Assembly: GCF_042660085.1 (NCBI RefSeq)
Contig: NZ_JBHSTI010000008.1
Location: forward strand, 1,269,876 to 1,301,875
Reading direction: 5' to 3'
DNA length: 32,000 nucleotides
From: Longivirga aurantiaca
GTDB taxonomy: Bacteria; Actinomycetota; Actinomycetes; S36-B12; CAIYMF01
Under the pieces are notes generated by a model. That model was not told the origin of the DNA. It was given only the letters and a program-made list of their open reading frames with translations, and did no database searches. A program made the translations under genes and the position numbers. The stretch's first letter is position 1; the number at the start of each line of letters is the position of its first letter. Below, piece after piece: positions 25,601-32,000 of the stretch.

Positions 25601-28176
25601 AGGTCGCCGGCAACGGCACGATCACGGTCTCCAGCCCGTTGGTGACGGTGAACGTGGCCGGCGCCTACTACTGGATCGCCAGCTACTCCGGCGACGCCAA
25701 CAACGACCCGGCCGCCGGAGCCTGCGGCGACACGGGCGAGACCACCATCGTCAGCCCCGGCCAGCCCACCATCGTCACGACGGCCACGCCGACCGTGACG
25801 CTCGGCTCCGGCTCGACCGGCGCGACCATCTTCGACACCGCGACCCTCGGCAACCTCACGCCGACCGCGAGCGGCACCGTGACGTTCACCGTCTACGGCC
25901 CGTTCGCCGCCGACGAGAGCATCGTCTGCTCGCCAGACAGCCTGCACGCGACGCGCACCGTCACGTTCCCGGCGCCGACGCCGGTCAACGGCTCCGTCGC
26001 GGTGTTCACCTCGGTGCCCGTCACCGAGGCCGGCACGTACGCCTGGCTTGCCTCGTACGGCGGCGACGCCAACAACAAGTCCGTGAGCCACGCCTGCGGC
26101 GACATCACGCCTCCGAACCAGGAGCGCTCGGTCGTCGAGCCGGCCACGCCGAGCATCGAGACGCTGGCGACCCAGTCGGCGATCCTCGGGCTCGCCGACG
26201 AGGCCACCGTGAACATCTCCGACACGGCCACCCTCACCGGGCTGACCGACGGCGCCACGGGCACGGTCTCGTTCAGCCTCTACGGGCCGGACGACGCCAC
26301 CTGTGCGACCGAGCCGCTCGACACCGTGACCGGCGTGAGCATCGCCGGCCTCGTCGAGGACGGCTTCGCCGAGGTGTCCAGCGGACCGGTCACGGTCTCC
26401 GCGCCCGGCACCTACCGGTGGATCGCCACGTACTCCGGCGATTCCGACAACGTCGGCGTCGCCGGCGCCTGCAACGACCCGGGCGAGAGCACGGTCGTGA
26501 CGCAGGGCGACCCCGGCATCGCCAAGATCGTGGAGAGCCCCGAGGGGACGCCGGTCACCGGCTCCGTCGCGGTCGGCACGGTCCTGCACTACACCGTGAC
26601 CGTCTCCAACTCCGGCACGGCATCGGTCACGGCCGACGTCATCGACGTGCTCCCGGCGGGCCTCGGCGCTCCGACGGGCATCAGCAACGGCGGCACCTAC
26701 GCCGCGGGCACGCGCACCATCACGTGGCCCCAGGTCACCCTCGCGGGCGGTGCCACCCTCGGCCTGGAGTACGACGCCGAGGTGCTCGCCTCCGCCGCGG
26801 CGCCGGGCAAGGACACGCTCATCAACGACGCGTCCTGGTTCGACCTGCACGCGACGACGACGACCAAGGTCAAGTGGCTCGAGCTCGGGGTCACCCCGAT
26901 CTGCGCGGTCGAGGGCTCGCACGCCGTCGAGGTGGGCTACAGCCTCCGGTCGCACAACTTCGAGTACTTCGGGGCGAGCGGACCGTTCGGCGTCACCCTC
27001 GCGTGGAACGGCGGCGCGGTGGCACCTGCCACGGTCGACGGTGCCCCGCAGGGCATGGGAACGATGATCCTGTCCGACAGCAGCGCGGTGAAGGGGATCC
27101 TGTACTACCCGGGCACCACCGTCACCGATGGCGTCGCCACCGACTGGCCGGGCTGGGCCTACGACGCCACGACGAACACGTGGACGCCGGCTGACGACGG
27201 GCTCCTCCCGTCGGTCGACCTCACGGCCGCATCCAACGGCGTCGACGCCACGGTCGCCGTCACGTACGACGACGACGCGGCGTGCAACCCGCCGGGGATC
27301 CCGACCCTCGTGAAGAGCTCGCCGAACGAGGTGGGCTCCCAGGCCAACCTCAGCGGCAACGTCGCCAGCGGTTCGACGATCCACTACGTCATCACGCTCA
27401 CCAACACGGGCGGCACGACGGTCGTCAGCGACCTCGTGGACACCCTGCCGGCGGGCGTGACACCGGTGGCGGGCACGTACACCCCGGCGGATCCGGACTC
27501 CGAGGCGGGTCAGACCCTGACCTGGGCGGACGTCGCCGTCGCTGCGGGCCAGACCGTCACCTACGAGTTCGACGTGACGGTGGATGCCCAGGCGGCGCCG
27601 GGTGACATCGTCGACCTGGTCAATGTCGCCACCTGGGCCGGGCTCGAGGACACGGCGAGGCACGTGGTCGTGGGCGAGGGCGCTCAGCAGGACCCGACTC
27701 TCGACAAGAGCTCGGACCCGGCCTCGGGGTCGACCGTCTCGGTCGGTGACGTGATCACCTACACCGTCAAGGTCGGCAACACGGGGAACGTGCCGATCAC
27801 CGGCGACCTCGTCGACACGCTGCCCGACGGCGTCGAGGTCGTGGGCGGGTACACCCGTGACGACGGCGGCAAGGCCGAGCCCGACACCGCGACGAGCGAC
27901 GCGCTCATCTGGAAGGCCGTGACGGTCCTGCCGGGTCAGGTCGTGACGTTCACCTACGAGGTCAAGGTGCTCGACTCGGCGGAGGGCGCACTCGTCAACA
28001 CCGCGGAGTGGGTCGGCCTGAAGGACGACACCACCCACCGGGTCGGACAGCCGCAGCTGCCGCAGACCGGGCTCGGGATGGACCCGCTCGCCTCCCTGCT
28101 GTGGGCCCTGGTCCTCGGTGGGCTGGGCGTGGTGCTCCTGGTGATCGGCCGGCGGCGCGAGCCGCAGCAGGGCTGA
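22639..28176 (+). CDS. LPXTG-anchored giant cell-wall surface protein (1,845 aa): N-terminal unique domain, three SpaA/Cna-B-like domains, five tandem Ig-like Cys-pair repeats, three DUF11-like repeats
   Basis: ATG 22639 follows GGGGAG. The signal peptide is MAMSARVLTRSRTARRWLAGGTAAALATLTIPFLAVTPASA/AL. The C-terminus has LPQTG (28057-28071) plus a TM helix plus RRRE. Prealbumin-like motifs are present (GAQFTITPD...YSVSETTAPLGY; GAVFDLYRV...YYFVEISVPAPW), as are DUF11-like motifs (VGDVITYTVKVGNTGNVPITGDLVDTLPDGV, three occurrences). Confidence 0.9.
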   Translation: MAMSARVLTRSRTARRWLAGGTAAALATLTIPFLAVTPASAALGDTFGPFEVDGDLVAQSVVDWGNVGVSNVVTVNDNFSLSSNQDDTTFKSNSKEYDATASTNGWPNWDTEAANNAADKTDFGRVAIYNKNIPGTPPAQWTYIGFDRGSATGTGKFAVELNQIKSSTPNGNPRRSVGDVRFIVWDQGSGSITLQGDAQNTDVGAYVWSDPDSTTPGFEDVAPYDGSWVKFSNAIAVANFAGAVNSASVAVPSWWTGNNVVNSTVGADQFVEFGFNLTGLGATLGCPSQGFKAWNMRSLTGTGQTGALKDLIKEQPIDIPSTCGTIVLTKESLGGVGLPGAQFTITPDPTPGSDEDSLVVTSGPDGSVTISPAVPGTYSVSETTAPLGYILVPWTHTFTLGDSGTYSYTFRNPLGDITWTKNYQGYTTQQSFPQGFTGQTFTVTRADDAVDMTNAQFATISGITATGCPAACTLTVTDNGARDSDSAWGRIRVNNLPVGSYTVTEPASGAPAGFGVGGGSGTAVVPSFLATAPMDDEDNLINHLAVVTRNGGATTAGTTFDNPRLPARLAVKKVGQPGNVAVEGAVFDLYRVVGTKDANPGTGDDVAVGQVTTGATGVGTSGNLAWGSSYYFVEISVPAPWNLPDNRVTDAVALTAADATAQAGGTAVQILTVNDPRTTITTDAQDATNLPGGTLNDVATVSGIRNDAGGTITFTAYGPFETTDAVGVCTADNLVFTTQSTSIKGSVVGNTVTVTSADFAPEVAGYYYWIASYSGDATTGTLGATGECGDPAEISSVEPATPGISTAADGERTLPSATLYDVATVVGLTPDATGTVTFRLYGPGDATCSAAPVFAPAPIALGPVSEDNGVYFARVTSTTYTANAPGVYRWIASYSGDANNVPVSGACNDANENWRVDKAPTDITTTATATATLPNAQIGDSATITGLTTDASGTVTFRLYGPVTGINPVPTCTAQVGNDLTVSFAKEQVAGNGTITVSSPLVTVNVAGAYYWIASYSGDANNDPAAGACGDTGETTIVSPGQPTIVTTATPTVTLGSGSTGATIFDTATLGNLTPTASGTVTFTVYGPFAADESIVCSPDSLHATRTVTFPAPTPVNGSVAVFTSVPVTEAGTYAWLASYGGDANNKSVSHACGDITPPNQERSVVEPATPSIETLATQSAILGLADEATVNISDTATLTGLTDGATGTVSFSLYGPDDATCATEPLDTVTGVSIAGLVEDGFAEVSSGPVTVSAPGTYRWIATYSGDSDNVGVAGACNDPGESTVVTQGDPGIAKIVESPEGTPVTGSVAVGTVLHYTVTVSNSGTASVTADVIDVLPAGLGAPTGISNGGTYAAGTRTITWPQVTLAGGATLGLEYDAEVLASAAAPGKDTLINDASWFDLHATTTTKVKWLELGVTPICAVEGSHAVEVGYSLRSHNFEYFGASGPFGVTLAWNGGAVAPATVDGAPQGMGTMILSDSSAVKGILYYPGTTVTDGVATDWPGWAYDATTNTWTPADDGLLPSVDLTAASNGVDATVAVTYDDDAACNPPGIPTLVKSSPNEVGSQANLSGNVASGSTIHYVITLTNTGGTTVVSDLVDTLPAGVTPVAGTYTPADPDSEAGQTLTWADVAVAAGQTVTYEFDVTVDAQAAPGDIVDLVNVATWAGLEDTARHVVVGEGAQQDPTLDKSSDPASGSTVSVGDVITYTVKVGNTGNVPITGDLVDTLPDGVEVVGGYTRDDGGKAEPDTATSDALIWKAVTVLPGQVVTFTYEVKVLDSAEGALVNTAEWVGLKDDTTHRVGQPQLPQTGLGMDPLASLLWALVLGGLGVVLLVIGRRREPQQG
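24664..26502 (+). repeat. five tandem coding repeats of 357-384 bp (119-128 aa) inside the surface-protein gene
   Basis: Unit starts are at 24664, 25033, 25390, 25756 and 26140. Each unit has GT(V/I)TF.(L/V)YGP, one Cys in the first half, then Y.W(I/L)A(S/T)Y(S/G)GD..N.....(A/E)C(G/N)D. A 34-nt identical stretch, tggatcgccagctactccggcgacgccaacaacg, occurs in units 2 and 3. Confidence 0.9.
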
Positions 28177-28204
28177 CCGAGCGCACGACCAGCGCGGGGA
28201 ACGA

Positions 28205-28247
28205 GCGCACGAGGGCCCGGCTCACCACGAGCCGGGCCCTCGTGCGC
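28205..28247 (+). terminator. intrinsic-terminator-like hairpin after the surface-protein gene
   Basis: GCGCACGAGGGCCCGGCTC-accac-GAGCCGGGCCCTCGTGCGC forms a perfect 19-bp stem 29 nt after the stop. Confidence 0.75.
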
Positions 28248-28266
28248 TCCCGCTAGGTTGGGCTCC

Positions 28267-29244
28267 ATGGACACGCGCACCCTCGCCGGCCGTCCCGTCT
28301 CGGTCGTCGGCCTCGGCACCTGGCAGCTCGGCGCCGACTGGGGCCCGGTGGACGACGCCCAGGCGTTCGACGTCCTCGACGCCGCCTACGACGCGGGCGT
28401 GACCTTCTTCGACACCGCCGACGTCTACGGCGACGGCCGCAGCGAGCAGCTCATCGCGGCCTGGCGCGCGAGCCGCCCGGACGCCGAGGTGATGGTGGCG
28501 ACCAAGATGGGCCGCCGCGTGGAGCAGCGGCCGGAGAACTACAGTGCGGAGGCCATGCGCGCGTGGAACGACCGGTCGCGCGCCAACCTCCGCGTCGACA
28601 CCCTCGACCTGGTGCAGCTCCACTGCCCGCCCACCGCGCTCTACGGCCTCGACGCCGTGTTCGACGACCTCGACGCGATGGTGGCCGAGGGCCGGATGGC
28701 GGCGTACGGGGTCAGCGTGGAGACCTGCGCGGAGGCGCTCGCGGCCATCGTGCGCCCGGGAGTGGCGAGCGTCCAGATCATCCTCAACCCGCTGCGCCAC
28801 AAGCCCCTGGACGCCGTGCTGCCGGCCGCTGCGGCGTCCGGCACGGGGATCATCGCCCGCGTGCCGCTTGCCTCCGGGCTGCTCTCGGGCCGGTACGACG
28901 CGAGCACGACCTTTCCGGCCGACGACCACCGCACCTACAACCGGCACGGCGAGGCGTTCGACGTGGGGGAGACGTTCTCCGGCGTCCCGTACGACGTCGG
29001 GCTCGAGGCGGTGGCTGCACTGCGCGGGGTCGTGCCCGCCGGCGTGGCGACCGCCGCCTTCGCGCTGCGCTAGGTGCTGGACCAGCCGGGAGTCACCACC
29101 GTCATCCCCGGCGCCCGCAACCGGGCCCAGGCCGAGGGCAACGCCGCAGCCGCAGGCCTCCCGCCGCTCACCTCCGAGCAGCAGGCCGCGGTCGCCGAGA
29201 TCTACGACCGGCTCGTCCGACCCCTGGTGCACGACCGCTGGTGA
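28267..29244 (+). pseudogene. aldo/keto reductase interrupted by an in-frame TAG at 29071-29073
   Basis: AKR motifs run throughout (GLGTWQLG, FFDTADVYGDGRSE, LDLVQLHCP). The frame continues after TAG with the conserved AKR C-terminus VLDQPGVTTVIPGARN...; family members normally read ALRW-VLDQ, so TGG (Trp) appears to have changed to TAG. GC3 remains coding-like to the TGA at 29242-29244. Confidence 0.75.
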
Positions 29245-29255
29245 CCGGGACGCAC

Positions 29256-29287
29256 GAAGGCCCGCCCCCTCGCGGGGGCGGGCCTTC
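29256..29287. terminator. bidirectional terminator hairpin between convergent genes
   Basis: GAAGGCCCGCCCCC-tcgc-GGGGGCGGGCCTTC forms a perfect 14-bp stem. Confidence 0.7.
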
Positions 29288-29302
29288 GGTGACGGTCGGG
29301 GC

Positions 29303-29530
29303 TCAGGCCTCGTGCTCGACGATCGGCGTCGGCTCGGTGAGCTTGGCGGTCTCGTCCAGGACGTCGCTGGCGAGCGGGCGCAGACGCGCCTCGTGCTCGC
29401 GGAAGTGGTGGCCGCAGAAGAGCAGCTCGCCGCCGGCGGTGAGGCTCACGCGGACGTAGGCCTGGGCGCCACAGCGGTCACAGCGGTCGAGCGCGGTGAG
29501 CGGCGTGGTCGGGCTCAGGGTCGCAGTCAT
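29303..29530 (-). CDS. small conserved actinobacterial protein with zinc-ribbon-like CxxC...CxHH motif (DUF7455-like)
   Basis: 75 aa, with LDRCDRCGAQAYVRV...LLFCGHHF. I recall this small gene lying divergently next to parE in Streptomyces-type genomes. Confidence 0.65.
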   Translation of the reverse strand: MTATLSPTTPLTALDRCDRCGAQAYVRVSLTAGGELLFCGHHFREHEARLRPLASDVLDETAKLTEPTPIVEHEA

Positions 29531-29893
29531 CCTCTACCTCCGGTTCGGTACCTCAAGTCTTGCACGTACCAACGACATGCACCGCCGGGGTAGTCCCGCG
29601 TTCGCCTGCGGCTGAACCGCATCGTGACCCGTTTCACCCCGCCACCACCACCACCTGGGCCCGGCGTGTCGCAGTCGGCACCGAACCTTTGCGCGCCTGT
29701 AACACCCCCGCAACGCGGGACGGGCGCCGCGGCAGGCCCCGACCTCCCCCGTATCGTCAGGTCCGGGGCCCATCCGAGCATGTCCGGGCCGTGGCGCTCG
29801 CCACCCCGGCGTGGCCCGGAGGGGCCCGTGGGAGGCGGCGACTACCCTCAGGGACGTCCGCCTCACCCGCCGTCGCCAGGAGATCCGCGCACC

Positions 29894-31990
29894 ATGACCG
29901 CCGAGCCCGTCGCCCGTCGCGCCCCACGGACGTCCGCAGGCTCCGGGTACTCCGCCAAGCACCTGTCCGTGCTCGAGGGGCTCGACGCCGTCCGCAAGCG
30001 ACCGGGCATGTACATCGGGTCCACGGACGGCCGCGGCCTCATGCACTGCCTCTGGGAGATCATCGACAACGCGGTCGACGAGGCTCTGGCCGGCCACTGC
30101 CACCTCATCGACGTCGTGCTGCACTCCGACGGCTCGGTCGAGGTCCGCGACGACGGTCGCGGCATCCCCGTCGACGTCGAGCCGAAGACCCGGCTCACCG
30201 GTGTCGAGGTCGTCATGACCAAGCTGCACGCCGGCGGCAAGTTCGGCGGCGGGTCGTACACCGCGTCGGGCGGCCTGCACGGCGTCGGCGCGTCGGTGGT
30301 CAACGCGCTGTCCGAGCGCCTCGACATCGAGGTCGACCGCGACTCCAAGATCCACACCATGTCGTTCAAGCGCGGCGTGCCGGGCCTGTTCGAGGGCGAC
30401 GGCCCCGACGCCGAGTTCACGAAGAAGTCCGGCCTCGTGATCGCCGGGAAGGCAAAGAAGGGTGTCACTGGCACCCGGGTGCGCTACTGGGCCGACCGGC
30501 AGATCTTCACCAAGGACGCCGAGTTCGACGTCGAGGCCCTGCGGGCCCGGGCGCGCCAGACCGCGTTCCTCGTGCCCGGGCTCACCCTGGTCATCCGTGA
30601 CGAGCGCACCGACGAGGTGTCCGAGGAGACCTACGTCTTCAAGGGCGGCATCACGGAGTACGTCGAGTTCCTGTCGCAGGACGAGGCGGTCACCGGTGTG
30701 CTGCGCCTCAAGGGCGCCGGGCACTTCAAGGAGACCGTGCCGGTGCTCGACGGCAAGGGGCACATGTCGTCGCAGGAGGTCGAGCGCGAGCTCGGCGTCG
30801 ACGTCGCCATGCGCTGGGGCACCGGGTACGACACCGACGTCCGCAGCTACGTCAACATCATCGCGACGCCCAAGGGCGGCACGCACGTGAGCGGCTTCGA
30901 CCGCGCGCTCACCAAGACGGTCAACGACGTCCTGCGCGGCCAGAAGGTGCTCAAGGCGTCCGAGGACAACGTGACCAAGGAGGACATCGCCGAGGGCCTC
31001 ACCGCCATCGTGACGGTGCGCCTCGCCGAGCCGCAGTTCGAGGGCCAGACCAAGGAGGTCCTCGGCACACCGGCGGCCACCCGCATCGTGTCCCACGTCG
31101 TGGCCAAGGAGCTCACCGCCTGGTTCACCTCGCCGCCGCGCGGCGACAAGGCCGCCACCAAGGCGGTGCTCGACAAGATCGCCAACGCCTCCCGTGCCCG
31201 GATCGCCGCTCGCACCCACCGCGACGTGCAGCGCCGCAAGAACGCGCTCGAGTCCTCCGCGCTGCCCGCGAAGCTGGCCGACTGCCGCAGCGACGACGTC
31301 GAGCGCAGCGAGCTGTTCATCGTCGAGGGCGACTCCGCGCTCGGCACCGCCAAGCTCGCGCGCAGCGCCGAGTACCAGGCGCTGCTTCCGATCCGCGGCA
31401 AGATCCTGAACACCCAGAAGGCGTCCGTCGCCGACATGCTGAAGAACACCGAGTGCGCCGCGATCATCCAGGTGATCGGCGCGGGCTCCGGCCGCACGTT
31501 CGACCTCGCCCAGGCGCGCTACGGCAAGGTGATCGTGATGTCCGACGCCGACGTCGACGGCGCCCACATCCGCTGCCTGCTGCTCACGCTCGTGCACCGC
31601 TACATGCGGCCGCTGCTCGAGGATGGCCGCGTCTACGCCGCAGTCCCGCCGCTGCACCGGTTCGAGATCACCAACCCGGGCACGAAGAAGAACGACGTCG
31701 TCTACACGTACTCCGAGGAGGAGTACCGCGCGATGCTCGCCGACCTCACGTCCAAGGGCCGGTCGTTCAAGACGCCGCAGCGCTACAAGGGCCTCGGCGA
31801 GATGGACGCCTCGCAGCTGCGTGAGACCACCATGGACCCCGCGTCGCGCACCCTGCGCCGCATCACCATCTCGGAGACCGACGCCGCGCTCGAGGTCTTC
31901 GACCTCCTCATGGGCACGGACGTCGCCCCGCGCAAGGAGTTCATCGTCGAGGGCGCGCAGAGCCTCGACCGGGCACGCATCGACGCCTGA
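29894..31990 (+). CDS. parE: type IIA DNA topoisomerase subunit B, topoisomerase IV ParE-like
   Basis: LEGLDAVRKRPGMYIGST, WEIIDNAVDEA, GRGIPVD, GGLHGVGASVVNALS, Toprim EGDSA and SDADVDGAHI are all present. The start ATG at 29894 (MTAEPVA...) is preferred over the Pro-rich track extension from 29624. The length (698 aa) and near-colinearity with my memory of Streptomyces ParE favour ParE over GyrB. Confidence 0.8.
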   Translation: MTAEPVARRAPRTSAGSGYSAKHLSVLEGLDAVRKRPGMYIGSTDGRGLMHCLWEIIDNAVDEALAGHCHLIDVVLHSDGSVEVRDDGRGIPVDVEPKTRLTGVEVVMTKLHAGGKFGGGSYTASGGLHGVGASVVNALSERLDIEVDRDSKIHTMSFKRGVPGLFEGDGPDAEFTKKSGLVIAGKAKKGVTGTRVRYWADRQIFTKDAEFDVEALRARARQTAFLVPGLTLVIRDERTDEVSEETYVFKGGITEYVEFLSQDEAVTGVLRLKGAGHFKETVPVLDGKGHMSSQEVERELGVDVAMRWGTGYDTDVRSYVNIIATPKGGTHVSGFDRALTKTVNDVLRGQKVLKASEDNVTKEDIAEGLTAIVTVRLAEPQFEGQTKEVLGTPAATRIVSHVVAKELTAWFTSPPRGDKAATKAVLDKIANASRARIAARTHRDVQRRKNALESSALPAKLADCRSDDVERSELFIVEGDSALGTAKLARSAEYQALLPIRGKILNTQKASVADMLKNTECAAIIQVIGAGSGRTFDLAQARYGKVIVMSDADVDGAHIRCLLLTLVHRYMRPLLEDGRVYAAVPPLHRFEITNPGTKKNDVVYTYSEEEYRAMLADLTSKGRSFKTPQRYKGLGEMDASQLRETTMDPASRTLRRITISETDAALEVFDLLMGTDVAPRKEFIVEGAQSLDRARIDA

Positions 31991-32000
31991 GCCTGGACAG

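Noticed and set aside
22471-28038. 1,855-aa minus-strand ORF antisense to the surface-protein gene
   Set aside because: Its composition is Arg/Gly/Asp/Val/Ala-rich with no motifs. The plus-strand frame has a signal peptide, domain repeats, LPQTG and the correct GC3 pattern. This is a typical high-GC shadow ORF.
28222-29593. 336-aa minus-strand and 349/298-aa plus-strand ORFs overlapping the aldo/keto reductase
   Set aside because: They are out-of-frame shadows with Arg/Pro/Gly-rich products. The AKR frame explains the coding signal across the whole interval once the single TAG is taken into account.
29624-29893. 90-codon N-terminal extension of the topoisomerase ORF (MTRFTPPPPPPGPG...)
   Set aside because: It is Pro/Gly-rich with no homology to GyrB/ParE N-termini. 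ParE-like proteins begin a few residues before the Y/H-SA-HL-VLEGL motif, which fits the ATG at 29894.
29894-31990. Calling this gene gyrB
   Set aside because: There is no dnaA/dnaN/recF/gyrA context. The sequence and the neighbouring small CxxC protein match what I remember of actinobacterial ParE loci. This remains unverified without a phylogeny.
1-32000. Search for CRISPR arrays, tRNA/rRNA genes, transposases/integrases and toxin-antitoxin pairs
   Set aside because: No regularly spaced short repeats, no cloverleaf-like or rRNA-like segments, and no DDE or tyrosine-recombinase motifs were seen by eye. A tRNAscan/Infernal/ISfinder run would be needed to exclude small or degenerate elements.

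Overview
The window is high-GC (by eye above 70%, with GC-saturated third codon positions) and looks like a chromosomal segment of an actinobacterium; a Micrococcales/Cellulomonas-like origin is inference only. Most long ORFs in the six-frame track are antisense or out-of-frame shadows. I chose frames by third-position GC, recognisable protein motifs, Shine-Dalgarno sequences and ATGA stop/start overlaps.

Housekeeping and metabolic genes:
- 5'-truncated TTC38-like TPR protein, followed by two tiny ORFs.
- A three-gene minus-strand operon: ThuA-like/Gfo-Idh-MocA fusion, Gfo-Idh-MocA oxidoreductase, alpha/beta hydrolase.
- YbdK-type carboxylate-amine ligase.
- MenG/UbiE methyltransferase and a GNAT acetyltransferase.
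- DUF222-HNH (13E12-type) endonuclease with a LexA-box-like site upstream.
- Tandem-Usp protein.
- SAM methyltransferase plus a trimethylamine-dehydrogenase-family flavoprotein.
- GH63/MGH1-like glucosidase.
- Aldo/keto reductase interrupted by an in-frame TAG.
- Small zinc-ribbon-like protein.
- ParE-like type IIA topoisomerase B subunit.

The most unusual part is about 18.1-28.2 kb. It starts with a patch of atypical codon usage that encodes a secreted protein, a small membrane protein whose coding signal switches frame, and a winged-helix-like protein flanked by a perfect 27-bp direct repeat with a third, inverted partial copy. It continues with an Flp-type pilin that carries a long Pro/Thr/Ser-rich and Asn/Gly-rich C-terminal extension, a second Flp-like paralogue with no canonical start codon, and a DUF456 membrane protein. 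It ends with a 1,845-aa LPQTG-anchored surface protein containing five tandem Cys-pair Ig-like repeats of about 120 aa. No Tad machinery, prepilin peptidase or sortase lies in the window.

I found no rRNA, tRNA, CRISPR array or transposase. None of the homology statements could be verified by search; they rest on motif recognition from memory.
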